Positions 47,879 to 57,426 of a stretch of 64,000 bases of DNA are shown in pieces; the first letter of the stretch is position 1, and the number at the start of each line of letters is the position of its first letter. The notes beneath the pieces were generated by a model. It had not been told where the DNA came from and did no database searches. It saw only the letters and a program-made list of their open reading frames with translations. The DNA is from Candidatus Nomurabacteria bacterium. Lineage in GTDB: Bacteria; Patescibacteriota; Minisyncoccia; Phycocordibacterales; UBA9973. Made by a program: the position numbers and the translations under genes. The stretch is taken from the NCBI GenBank assembly GCA_026395995.1, contig JAPLXQ010000010.1, forward strand, positions 69,296-133,295, in the 5' to 3' direction.

Positions 47879-48805
47879 ATGAATATTTTAATTTGGATAA
47901 TTCAAATAGTTTTTATACCAATAATGTCACCATTGTGTGTCGGTATTATTAGAAAAATAAAAGCCAAACTTCAAAATAGAAAAGGGGCTAGTATTTTTCA
48001 ACCATATAATGATTTATGGAAACTCTTTAATAAAGATGAAGTTATCAGTAAAGATGCTTCTTGGGTTTTTAGATATGCCCCTTTTGTTATTTTTTCAGTG
48101 ACTATCTTTGTCGGTATGAGTGTTCCAATTTTTATGTCTTTTGTAAACAACACTTTTACTAGTGACATATTGGTAATTATTTATATGCTTGCATTGGGAA
48201 CATTTTTCTTGGCTCTTTCTGGTTTAGATACAGGTGGAGCTTTTGGTGGTTTTGGTTCAAGTCGTGAAATGACTATGTCTGCTTTAGCAGAAGGTGGTTT
48301 TATCTTCTCTCTTTTAACAATTTCTTTCATAGCTGGTACTACCAATCTATTGGCTATTTCTAATGTTGGAATTCTTCAACATGGACATTTGCTACTTTCA
48401 TCTATATTGGCTTTTATATCATTCTTCATAATATTATTAGCAGAAAATACAAGATATCCTTTTGATAATCCGTCTACTCACTTGGAATTAACTATGATTC
48501 ATGAAGCTATGATTTTAGAATATTCTGGAAAAAGATTAGCTCTTATTGAATGGGCATCTTCAAATAAACTTTTAATTTTTATTTCTTTGGGCTCCAGTTT
48601 GTTTTTCCCTTGGGGTATAGCTGGGGCACTTAGTTTAAGTGCGTTACTTTTCGGTTTATTTATTTTTTGTTTAAAGGTATTTATTTTTTGTTTAGCAATA
48701 GCTGTATTGGAATCAAGTATAGCAAAATTGCGATTCTTTAAATTACCTGATTTATTGTTGATAGCCTTTATTCTTAATGTGATAGCAATTATTTTAATTT
48801 TTTAA
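47879..48805 (+). CDS. NuoH/HyfC/EchB-like membrane subunit
   Basis: ENTRYPFDNPSTHLELTMIHEAMILEYSG conserved loop. Confidence 0.7.
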   Translation: MNILIWIIQIVFIPIMSPLCVGIIRKIKAKLQNRKGASIFQPYNDLWKLFNKDEVISKDASWVFRYAPFVIFSVTIFVGMSVPIFMSFVNNTFTSDILVIIYMLALGTFFLALSGLDTGGAFGGFGSSREMTMSALAEGGFIFSLLTISFIAGTTNLLAISNVGILQHGHLLLSSILAFISFFIILLAENTRYPFDNPSTHLELTMIHEAMILEYSGKRLALIEWASSNKLLIFISLGSSLFFPWGIAGALSLSALLFGLFIFCLKVFIFCLAIAVLESSIAKLRFFKLPDLLLIAFILNVIAIILIF

Positions 48806-48807
48806 TT

Positions 48808-49455
48808 ATGAATATTTTATTTTATACAATTTTGCCGGAGATAGTTTTATTAAGTATTATTTCTTTACATTTAGTAAAGAAAAATAGTGAGATGGTCTTT
48901 CTTTATGGTTTTCAATCAATCGCAATTGTTTTAATGTTGTTTTGTTCGTTTTTAACGACAGGTAAACTTTCTTTGTTATTGGTTACGGTTGTTGTATTAC
49001 TTGCCAAGGTAATATTAGCACCATTATTTTTTAATAAATTAATTTTAAAACACAAGCTGGTTTTTTCTGTAAAAAAGTATGTTAATACATCTTTTAGTTT
49101 GGTAATTATAGCTATTTTAATTATCACAGCTTATTCAGATAAATTTACTTCATTAACAAATATTATTCCAGCAAATCACGCATCGCTATCTCTAGCATTT
49201 TCTGCAATGTTATTGTCTTTGTTTTTGATTGTGAATAGTAGGGGAGCATTGTCTCAAATTGTAGCCATTCTTTCTTTGGAAAATAGTATTGTCGCTTTTG
49301 CTGTTTTTGCAGAACTAGAACAATCTGCTGGTTTGCAAATAGGTATAGTTTTTGATATCTTTGTTTGGATGATAGTAGCAACAATGTTTGTTTCAATGAT
49401 TCAAAAGCATTTCGGGTCGATTGACGTTACTTCAATGAAAAACCTAAAAGATTAA
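48808..49455 (+). CDS. HyfE-like small membrane subunit
   Basis: About 215-aa polytopic protein in the HyfE position. Confidence 0.45.
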   Translation: MNILFYTILPEIVLLSIISLHLVKKNSEMVFLYGFQSIAIVLMLFCSFLTTGKLSLLLVTVVVLLAKVILAPLFFNKLILKHKLVFSVKKYVNTSFSLVIIAILIITAYSDKFTSLTNIIPANHASLSLAFSAMLLSLFLIVNSRGALSQIVAILSLENSIVAFAVFAELEQSAGLQIGIVFDIFVWMIVATMFVSMIQKHFGSIDVTSMKNLKD

Positions 49456-49459
49456 ATTT

Positions 49460-50902
49460 ATGGAATTATTATTTATTTTTACATTTTTATTACTTGCTTC
49501 ACTTATTGGCCTCTTTACTAAAAAGAGATTATTTATTGAGTTTGTTTCTGTTTTTGCTTCTATTTTTGCTTTGTTTGGGTCAATCAACGTTGCTATGAAG
49601 GTAGTAGCTCTTGGTTCTTATAGTCCATTTAGTTTTTTATATGTTGAATCTTTTGGAGCAGTTTTACTACTTATTATTTCTTTGATTGGTTTGTCAACGA
49701 CTGTTTATTCTATACAATATCTTCGTCAAGAAAGTGCTAAAAATATTATTGGACCTGCTAGAGTTAGACAGTATTTTGTCTTGTTGAATTTATTTATTCT
49801 TTTTATGTTTTTAGCAACAACAGTAAATAGTCCAATTTTTAGTTGGATTTTTATTGAGGCTACAACATTATCGACTGTTTTTCTTATTAGTTTTTATAAT
49901 AAATCATCTTCAGTTGAGGCTGCTTGGAAATATCTAGTAGTGAACTCTGTTGGATTATTATTTGGTTTCTTTGGAACACTTTTATATTTTACTTCTTTAC
50001 ATTCCGTTGATAATGGTTCAATCGTTAGTTGGAATGGTCTTTTGAATGGCGCAACAAGCCTCGATCCTGTTATTGCCAAAATAGCTTTCATATTCGTCTT
50101 GATTGGTTATGGTGCTAAAGTGGGTCTTGCACCTATGCATACATGGAAGCCAGATGCTTATAGTAAGGCCCCAACACCGCTAGGAGCATTGTTTTCAGGT
50201 GCTTTGTTGCCGGTGGCTTTTGTAACTATTTTAAAATTTAAAACAATAACTGATACTGTTGTTGGTTTGTCATTTAGTCAAAATCTACTTATTTTATTTG
50301 GAACACTATCTGTTTTTATCTCAGCCTTTATTATTTTTTCTTCTAGAAATTATAAAAGACTATTAGCTTATTCTGGTATAGAAAATGCTGGAATTATGGC
50401 TCTCGGTTTTGGTTTTGGTGGGTTGGGTATTTTTGCTGGAACCTTACATATGATTTATCATTCTTTGATTAAATCTGCTCTTTTCTTTTGCTCAGGTAAT
50501 TTTTTATTGAAATATGGTTCAGCAAAAATAAAAAATATTAGAGGTGCTATAAATGTCCTTCCTTTCACTAGTGTTGTTTTTGTTGTTGGATTTTTGGCCT
50601 TGATTGGTATGCCACCATTTGGTGTATTTTTTACAAAGTTAACAATTCTTTCTGCTGGAATAAAAAATCATCAATTGTTTTCAATAGTTCTTATTTTCCT
50701 AGTCTCTCTTTTGTTTATTGGTTTTTTGAAACATGTGACTGCTATGGTTTTTGGAAAAAAACCAGAGGACATGTCTATTAAAAAAGAGAGTGTTTGGTTG
50801 ATCATTCCACCATTAGTATTGATTGGTGTTGTTATTTGTTTAAGTTTTTATATACCACCATTTTTATATACCTTATTTAATAATATAGTTTTACATTACT
50901 AA
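49460..50902 (+). CDS. NuoN/NuoM/HyfF-like antiporter-type membrane subunit
   Basis: GLAPMHTWKPDAYSKAPTPLGALFSGALL motif. Confidence 0.7.
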   Translation: MELLFIFTFLLLASLIGLFTKKRLFIEFVSVFASIFALFGSINVAMKVVALGSYSPFSFLYVESFGAVLLLIISLIGLSTTVYSIQYLRQESAKNIIGPARVRQYFVLLNLFILFMFLATTVNSPIFSWIFIEATTLSTVFLISFYNKSSSVEAAWKYLVVNSVGLLFGFFGTLLYFTSLHSVDNGSIVSWNGLLNGATSLDPVIAKIAFIFVLIGYGAKVGLAPMHTWKPDAYSKAPTPLGALFSGALLPVAFVTILKFKTITDTVVGLSFSQNLLILFGTLSVFISAFIIFSSRNYKRLLAYSGIENAGIMALGFGFGGLGIFAGTLHMIYHSLIKSALFFCSGNFLLKYGSAKIKNIRGAINVLPFTSVVFVVGFLALIGMPPFGVFFTKLTILSAGIKNHQLFSIVLIFLVSLLFIGFLKHVTAMVFGKKPEDMSIKKESVWLIIPPLVLIGVVICLSFYIPPFLYTLFNNIVLHY

Positions 50903-50903
50903 T

Positions 50904-52478
50904 ATGAATAAAGAAATAATAAAAAATTATATACCAGAAAATACAAAAGTAGATTTTGTTGGAAATATTGCTCTTGTAAAAGTTGAAGCAGTAAATATTT
51001 TAGAAATTGCTAATGATTTATATAATCATAAAAATCTTCCGCTTAAACTCGTTACAGCGACAGATGAAAGGTTTGAAAATGGATGTTTTAAAATTTGGTA
51101 TATTTTTGGAATTCCAAAAGAAAATATTTTTATAGCCTTATTTATTGAACTTAAGAATATTGAGGAATTCCCATCAATAGTCTCAGTTGTTTTTGAGGCT
51201 GGTAACTATGAAAGAAAAATAAAAACTTTTTTCGGTCTTACTCCAGCAGGGGCTTTTGATACAAGGCCAATAATTTTACATGAAAATTGGCCAATTGATG
51301 TTTTTCCACTTCGAAAAGATTTTAATTTACAAACAAAAGTAAAACAATCAACTGGAACATATGAATTTCAAAGAGTTGATGGTGAGGGTATTTATGAGAT
51401 TCCTGTCGGTCCAATTCATGCTGGTATTATAGAACCTGGTCATTTTCGATTTAGTGTCGCTGGAGAAGAAATAATGCTCTTAGAAGCAAGACTTGGTTTT
51501 GTGCATAAAAGTATAGAAAAAATATTTGAATCAGAAATATCAATAGATGAAAAAATAAAACTTTCTGAAAAAATTTCAGGAGATAGTTCTTTCTCTTATT
51601 CTGCTGCTTTTTGTCGATCGATAGAAAATTTAGCTGGAATTGAAGTTTCTAAAAGAGCTGAGTATTTGCGTGCTATTTATTCTGAATTAGAAAGATTAAC
51701 AAATCATTTTGGCGATGTTGGTGCTATGATGCTAGATACAGGGTTTAATTTTGGTGGAGCAAACGGTTCTCGTTTACGTGAGATAGTTATGCAACTAAAT
51801 GAAAGACTTACTGGTAGTAGGTTTTTGCGTGGAGTAAATGTCGTAGGTGGTGTGACTAAAGATATAGATTTAAATGAAAAACAAATTTTATTAAACAACC
51901 TTGAAAAGATATTTAAAGATTTTGAAGAAGTTATTGAAGTAGTAGAAAGTAAAATTTCTTTATTGAATCGTTTACGAGGAACTGGAGCTATTACTCATAC
52001 TATTGCTAAAGATTTTGGAGTGCTGGGTGTACCTGCTAGGGCTGTAGGCATTGAAAATGATACACGTTTAGATTTTCCATATAGTGTGTATCAAGAATTA
52101 GATTTTAGTAAAGCTGAAGTTCAAACTACAGGAGATGTATATGCTCGTTTCTATGTTCGAATAAAAGAAATTCGTACTTCATTTAACCTTATTGAAAAAG
52201 CCCTAATCAATTTACCAGAAGGAAAAATAAATTCATCATTAGATAAAATAGTTTTAAAGAAGAATTCTGTAGTTATTACCCTTGTGGAGGGGTGGAGAGG
52301 GGAAATAGCATATTTCATTACTACCGATTTAAATGGAAATATTAGTAGAGTTTATCCTCGTGATCCATCTTTTCTAAACTGGTCAGCCGTCGGCTGTGCT
52401 GGTCCTGGCAATGTCGTTCCAGATTTCCCACTCATAAACAAAAGCTTCAATCTTTCTTATACAGGAAATGATTTGTAA
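50904..52478 (+). CDS. fused NuoC-NuoD / hydrogenase large-subunit homologue with NiFe-binding Cys motifs replaced
   Basis: PVGPIHAGIIEPGHFRF and IENLAGIEVSKRAEYLRAIYSELERL are conserved. The L1 motif RxCGxCxxxH is ISGDSSFSY. The C-terminal DPCxxCxxH-equivalent is NKSFNLSYTGNDL. Confidence 0.7.
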   Translation: MNKEIIKNYIPENTKVDFVGNIALVKVEAVNILEIANDLYNHKNLPLKLVTATDERFENGCFKIWYIFGIPKENIFIALFIELKNIEEFPSIVSVVFEAGNYERKIKTFFGLTPAGAFDTRPIILHENWPIDVFPLRKDFNLQTKVKQSTGTYEFQRVDGEGIYEIPVGPIHAGIIEPGHFRFSVAGEEIMLLEARLGFVHKSIEKIFESEISIDEKIKLSEKISGDSSFSYSAAFCRSIENLAGIEVSKRAEYLRAIYSELERLTNHFGDVGAMMLDTGFNFGGANGSRLREIVMQLNERLTGSRFLRGVNVVGGVTKDIDLNEKQILLNNLEKIFKDFEEVIEVVESKISLLNRLRGTGAITHTIAKDFGVLGVPARAVGIENDTRLDFPYSVYQELDFSKAEVQTTGDVYARFYVRIKEIRTSFNLIEKALINLPEGKINSSLDKIVLKKNSVVITLVEGWRGEIAYFITTDLNGNISRVYPRDPSFLNWSAVGCAGPGNVVPDFPLINKSFNLSYTGNDL

Positions 52479-52496
52479 TTTTTTTTAAATAAAAAA

Positions 52497-52523
52497 ATCG
52501 CATAGTGTTTTTCACTATGCGAT
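52497..52523. terminator. bidirectional terminator
   Basis: ATCGCATAGTGtttttCACTATGCGAT flanked by A/T runs. Confidence 0.6.
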
Positions 52524-52527
52524 AATA

Positions 52528-53667
52528 TTAATTTTCTGAAATTTTACTTATAAAGGTTAATTCCTCCGGATAAACAATCGTTCCTTGTTCAAAAGTTTTT
52601 TCGAATTCTGTCGGGTCGAATTCTGTAAAAAGTCTTGTATCGTGACTTGTTACTCCTACTACGTATTCCAAATTATAATTTAATAATTCTGGAACTCTTT
52701 TTTCAATAACCTTTTTTGCTGTTTTGTAAAGAAAATGAGCACGCATTTTTTGTGCTTCATCGTTTGTGTGTTCTTTAAACAACAAACCAGCGCACATAAT
52801 GGTTACACCGTCTTTTTCATCAACTCTTCCTGATTTGATATTTTTTAAGATTATACTAGCTGCAATAGCTATACAATCATCAAGGGTTTTTAAATGACTC
52901 CTGAAAGGGCTAACAATAAGAGCTTTGTTTGGTATATGCAACCAATCAAAACCTAATCCTATACAAAGAGAAAGTTCTTTATGCTCTCTGTCTAATGCAA
53001 CTTCTTCACTTGTGGAATTTTTAATATAGTTATAGTTTCCCATAACCAATTCCATTAATGCGTTCATCACCTCATCAGAAACATCTGGAAATATCTTCAA
53101 CATTTTAAGAATTATTTCTTCTCTCGAAGAATTTAAATTTTCAAAAACATTAAAAATTTCTCCATTTTTATTGTGAAATATCAGAGACTGATTGTCTGTT
53201 TCTATACCCATCACAATAGAGTATAAAATACCCTCATTCCTCTTTTCAAGAAAAACTGATTTAAATTGGTCTCTTAGTCTCTTTGCCCATACTAAGGCTT
53301 GACCAGTATTATTATCATGTCCAGCACAGCAACGTTTCTCACTTCCTTTTGAAAAGTGGTATGTCGAAACTATTAAACAAGGTTTTTTACTTGAGCAGTG
53401 TTTAATTGTTTTTTCGATTAAGTCACTCAAATAAGAGTCTCCTAAGTCAAAAATTCCACCAAGTGTTCTATACGGTCGTAATATCCCAGTAGGAATATTG
53501 GTAAACTTTGCAATATGGACTCTTCCGTCCATACACTTGAATAGTAGTATTCTCGCAGGGTGTAACTCTTTGTAAAGCATTCTTGCGTGCTTTCTTTCAG
53601 GGCTACGGTGTTTAATGCTTTCCTCGATGTTATGACTAATCAAAAATTCAGTTGTTTTATTTGCCAT
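52528..53667 (-). CDS. hypothetical protein with a CxDGR motif and Cys/His-rich segment
   Basis: LFKCMDGRVH ... YHFSKGSEKRCCAGHD. Weak resemblance to β-carbonic-anhydrase ligand motifs, not convincing. Confidence 0.35.
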   Translation of the reverse strand: MANKTTEFLISHNIEESIKHRSPERKHARMLYKELHPARILLFKCMDGRVHIAKFTNIPTGILRPYRTLGGIFDLGDSYLSDLIEKTIKHCSSKKPCLIVSTYHFSKGSEKRCCAGHDNNTGQALVWAKRLRDQFKSVFLEKRNEGILYSIVMGIETDNQSLIFHNKNGEIFNVFENLNSSREEIILKMLKIFPDVSDEVMNALMELVMGNYNYIKNSTSEEVALDREHKELSLCIGLGFDWLHIPNKALIVSPFRSHLKTLDDCIAIAASIILKNIKSGRVDEKDGVTIMCAGLLFKEHTNDEAQKMRAHFLYKTAKKVIEKRVPELLNYNLEYVVGVTSHDTRLFTEFDPTEFEKTFEQGTIVYPEELTFISKISEN

Positions 53668-53776
53668 GCCTTAGATCTTTTTAAGGTTCAATTTGAATAC
53701 ATTATATCATATTAATTATAATTAGCAAGCTTATTTTAGAAATTATATTGCATATATTTTATGCTAAAATGGATGT

Positions 53777-56770
53777 ATGTCAGACATATTTACTGAAAAA
53801 TATAAAGCTTTAAATAAAGCCCAGAAAGAAGCTGTGGAATTTATAGATGGACCAGTGATGGTCGTCGCAGGGCCGGGAACAGGTAAAACTCAAGTCCTCG
53901 CTCTTCGCATAGGACATATTCTAAAAGAAACTGATACAAAAGCAGACAGTATTCTTTGTCTTACTTTTACCAATTCTGGAGTGAAAGCAATGAAGAAAAG
54001 ACTCGAAGAATATATAGGTACCGATGTAAATAATGTAAAAATTTCTACTTTCCATGCTTTTGCTATCAAACTCGTCGAAGATAATTATGAACTTTTGGAT
54101 TTTAAAAGAATGCCAAAATTGCTCGAAGATGACGAGGCTGTTTTTCTCGCAGATGAGATAATGCAAAACAATACTTGGGAATATTTGCGTCCTCGTTCAA
54201 ATCCGACGATGTATTTCAATGATTTGAAAAGTCTCATTTCAGTTTTAAAGAGAGAGCGCCTAACACCTGAAGAATTTTTGAAAGAAGTTGAACATGATAT
54301 TAAGTTTTTTAAAAATGATCCAGATAGTATTTCTACTCGTGGAGAAAGTAAGGGAAAATTAAAAAAAGAAATAGAGAAAAAAATAGAATCACTAGAACGC
54401 ACTCGTGAAGTTGTGGAATTTTATCGTATTTATGAAGAGAGAAAAAGGGAAGAGAATCTGATGGATTATGATGATGTTTTAGAATATGCAGTAAAACTCG
54501 TAGAAGAATATGAAGATGTTCGCGCTAGTGTTTACGAAGATTATTTATATGTATTAGTGGATGAACATCAGGATTCGAGTGGTGTGCAAAATAATTTCTT
54601 GAAAGCTGTTTGGAAAGATACAGAGAAGCCAAATATTTTCGTAGTGGGGGATGACAGGCAATTGATTTATGCTTTTTCTGGTGCAAAGCTTTCATATTTT
54701 GAAGAATTTGCACACTTCTTTGGTAAAGCGAAATTAATAATTCTCACAGAGAATTATCGTTCCACTACACCGATTCTCGCTCTCGCTGATAATTTACTCA
54801 GTAGTTCTATTACGAAAGAAAAATTAAATTCCAATACAAAGGGTGAAGAAAAAATATTACTGAATGAATATAGTTATCCGAGAGATGAGATAATCGGTGC
54901 AGGTTTGTATTTCAAAAATAAAATAGCAGAATCAACTGATAGAGATAAAATGAAACCAGAAGACTGTGCGATATTAGTGCCGAAGAATTTCCATGTTCGC
55001 ACAGCTATACAAATACTGGGAGATATGGGTTTGCCTGTTTCGACTGGTAAAAGTATGTCACTTTTTAATGTAAAAGAGACATATAGCTTTTTGCGAGTTT
55101 TAAATATTATCACTGAGCCTTTTAATTCTGTATTCCTGTCAGAAAGTTTACTCGATAAGACTAGCGGAGTAAGTCCTTTTGAAGCACATAAATTTTTGAA
55201 AACTTTAAAGCCAGATAGGATGACTATCGATGATTTGATAAACAATGGTGGTGGAGATGGGCTTTTTGCGGGGGAGAATGATATTTCAAAATGGGGTAAG
55301 GTTTTAAAATCTTGGACAGAATTAGCGAATGACAAACTCTCTATTATTGTGAGTAAAATAGGTAATGAACTTCTGATAGATAATTCCAAGACTCATACTG
55401 AGCTTTTGAAAAATGTCGAAGTGGTTCGTAGCTTTATTCATACTGCGATGATTTTTGAGCAAAAACATAACAACGCAAGTTTGAAAGATTTTATAGAATA
55501 TTTTAAGAGATTAGAAACTTATGGTAATCATATTACACTAGCTACTTTTGAATCTGATAATGGTATCCAAGTAATGACACTTCATAAGTCAAAAGGTTTG
55601 GAATATAAAAATGTCTGGATTGCACATATGAATGAAGAAGTTTTAATGTCTGAAAAGAGAAATGGTTTTACGCTTCCTGAAAAAGTAAAAGAGCACATAC
55701 ACGAGCGTGATATTGAAAATGCGAAGAGGGAACTCTATGTAGCCATAACCCGTGCGAAGGAGAATTGTATTATTTCACATGCAAATGAAAGCTATAATGG
55801 GGCGCAAATGGAACTCGCTCAAATAATTCGTGAATTACCTGGTACACATTTTGTTAAAAAAGAAAAAGAAGAAACAGAAAAAGAAATAATGGCAGGCGAG
55901 AGTGGAGTAAAAATATATACAAATATCGTTGAGAAAAAAGAAGGGAAGATCATTGATGAAATTAAAGATTTTGCACGAGAAAATTATAAAAATACGAAAG
56001 TTACAGTCACACTTCTCAATAACTTTTTTGAATGTCCTTGGAAATGGTATTTTAGAAATTTTTTGAAATTACCTGAAGTAAAAGGTACATCACTTGCTCT
56101 CGGTTCTGCTGTTCACTCTACTATAGAATTTATTTTGAAAAATAAAGAATTGCCGAGTGATAAAGTAATTAAAGAAAAAATACAAGAATCTTTAAATAAA
56201 GAAGGAGTTCAAGATGAGAAAGAGATTAAAACTTTAGCGAAAGATGCAGAAAAAGCTATTAAAAATTGGATTGATAATTATTATGCTAATTTAGCAAAAG
56301 ATTACAGTTCAGAGCGCTCCGTGCAATTCACCGATCCAAAATATCCTGATTTGCTTATGTATGGAAAGCTCGATTTGACAGAGAGAGAAAATGGAAATAT
56401 TACAATTACTGATTTTAAAACTGGTAAACCAAAAACAAAAAGTGAAATTGAAAAGATTGACGAAGAGGGTAGACTCTCTGGCTATATGCGCCAGCTCGCT
56501 ATGTATTCATATCTCGTGGCGGGAGCAGAACGTGGAAAGAGTGTAGAAAGTTCACGACTTCTTTTTCTCGAAGCAAAAGAAGATGATAAGAATGCTTTGT
56601 ATTCTATACACATAGACGAAGAAAAAATTGATTTATTAAAGCGTGACATTTCAGACTATGTTAAAAATCTCGAAACTGGAGAATGGACAAATTTAGAATG
56701 CCACTACAAACCTTGGGGAAGTAGTAAGGATGAGTGTGAATATTGCGCACTCGCTAAAAAGATTATTTAG
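53777..56770 (+). CDS. UvrD/PcrA-type SF1 helicase fused to a C-terminal Cas4/AddB-like PD-(D/E)xK nuclease with Cys4 cluster
   Basis: Walker A AGPGTGKTQVL and DExQD (VLVDEHQDSS). Nuclease core DLTERENG ... ITDFKTGKP ... RQLAMYSY. Cys ligands in FECPWKWY ... CHYKPWGSSKDECEYC. Confidence 0.75.
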   Translation: MSDIFTEKYKALNKAQKEAVEFIDGPVMVVAGPGTGKTQVLALRIGHILKETDTKADSILCLTFTNSGVKAMKKRLEEYIGTDVNNVKISTFHAFAIKLVEDNYELLDFKRMPKLLEDDEAVFLADEIMQNNTWEYLRPRSNPTMYFNDLKSLISVLKRERLTPEEFLKEVEHDIKFFKNDPDSISTRGESKGKLKKEIEKKIESLERTREVVEFYRIYEERKREENLMDYDDVLEYAVKLVEEYEDVRASVYEDYLYVLVDEHQDSSGVQNNFLKAVWKDTEKPNIFVVGDDRQLIYAFSGAKLSYFEEFAHFFGKAKLIILTENYRSTTPILALADNLLSSSITKEKLNSNTKGEEKILLNEYSYPRDEIIGAGLYFKNKIAESTDRDKMKPEDCAILVPKNFHVRTAIQILGDMGLPVSTGKSMSLFNVKETYSFLRVLNIITEPFNSVFLSESLLDKTSGVSPFEAHKFLKTLKPDRMTIDDLINNGGGDGLFAGENDISKWGKVLKSWTELANDKLSIIVSKIGNELLIDNSKTHTELLKNVEVVRSFIHTAMIFEQKHNNASLKDFIEYFKRLETYGNHITLATFESDNGIQVMTLHKSKGLEYKNVWIAHMNEEVLMSEKRNGFTLPEKVKEHIHERDIENAKRELYVAITRAKENCIISHANESYNGAQMELAQIIRELPGTHFVKKEKEETEKEIMAGESGVKIYTNIVEKKEGKIIDEIKDFARENYKNTKVTVTLLNNFFECPWKWYFRNFLKLPEVKGTSLALGSAVHSTIEFILKNKELPSDKVIKEKIQESLNKEGVQDEKEIKTLAKDAEKAIKNWIDNYYANLAKDYSSERSVQFTDPKYPDLLMYGKLDLTERENGNITITDFKTGKPKTKSEIEKIDEEGRLSGYMRQLAMYSYLVAGAERGKSVESSRLLFLEAKEDDKNALYSIHIDEEKIDLLKRDISDYVKNLETGEWTNLECHYKPWGSSKDECEYCALAKKII

Positions 56771-56829
56771 GAAAATAATAAAGCTAAAGCAAAATGTATT
56801 TTCTTTATGCAAAGCTTAGGAAAATAAAA

Positions 56830-56858
56830 ATCCCGTTGCAAGAACATTGCAACGGGAT
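56830..56858 (-). terminator. Rho-independent terminator (minus strand) directly after the 23S-like fragment
   Basis: Minus-strand CCCGTTGCAAtgttcTTGCAACGGG followed by ATTTTTATTTT. Confidence 0.6.
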
Positions 56859-57060
56859 TACCTGGGTACTTAGATGTTTCAGTTCTCCAGGGCAGTAAGA
56901 TCTATGGATCAAGTCGTAGTGTTCAATCCCCATAGCTTATCGTAAATGATTAAATCTACGTCCTACTATTAAATTTTTCGTGAGTAAGTTAAGTTTACTC
57001 CTGTCAAAGAACTATTTTTATTCTTCCAATCTTAACTTGGGTAATCTTCGTGCTTGTATT
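56859..57060 (-). rRNA. orphan 5-prime-domain fragment of 23S rRNA, truncated
   Basis: Minus-strand GATAAGCTATGGGGATTGAAC ... TTGATCCATAGATCTTACTGCCCTGGAGAACTGAAACATCTAAGTACCCAGG aligns to E. coli 23S positions about 60-200 (GAACTGAAACATCTAAGTACCC universal). No further 23S sequence follows. The upstream extent is uncertain. Confidence 0.5.
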
Positions 57061-57426
57061 GTTTCAATATTGTAGAGTTTTTGTTTAACCAAATCGGTTA
57101 ACTTTGTTCGGTAAACTAAACAAAAGTTTGTATACAGCCGGACTTTGTCTTAGTATGATTCCCAACGATGTATAGATCGTTACTAGGATTGACGCAGTTC
57201 ACATTGAAAGTAATACATCTTCAAAGTACCACTATTTAAAATAAAAATCAACTAGAAAAGACTAGGTCCGTTATCCATCCAGCCGAGAATAAGCCCTAAA
57301 AGGGTGAAAGTTATAATGAGTATTATTAAAAGATTGATATTCTTTTTCATAATTTAAGTATACTATAAAGTCTTGCAAATAAAGCCTTTTGCCGTTAATA
57401 TCATATGTATGTATAAAAAGGCTAAT

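Noticed and set aside
52270-52300. GC-rich stretch in the NuoD-like gene (cccttgtggaggggtggagaggggaaa, encoding VEGWRGE) resembling the GEG-encoding palindromic elements
   Set aside because: It corresponds to the conserved NuoD/HycE (A/G)PRGE motif and has no palindrome, so it is native coding sequence rather than an inserted element.
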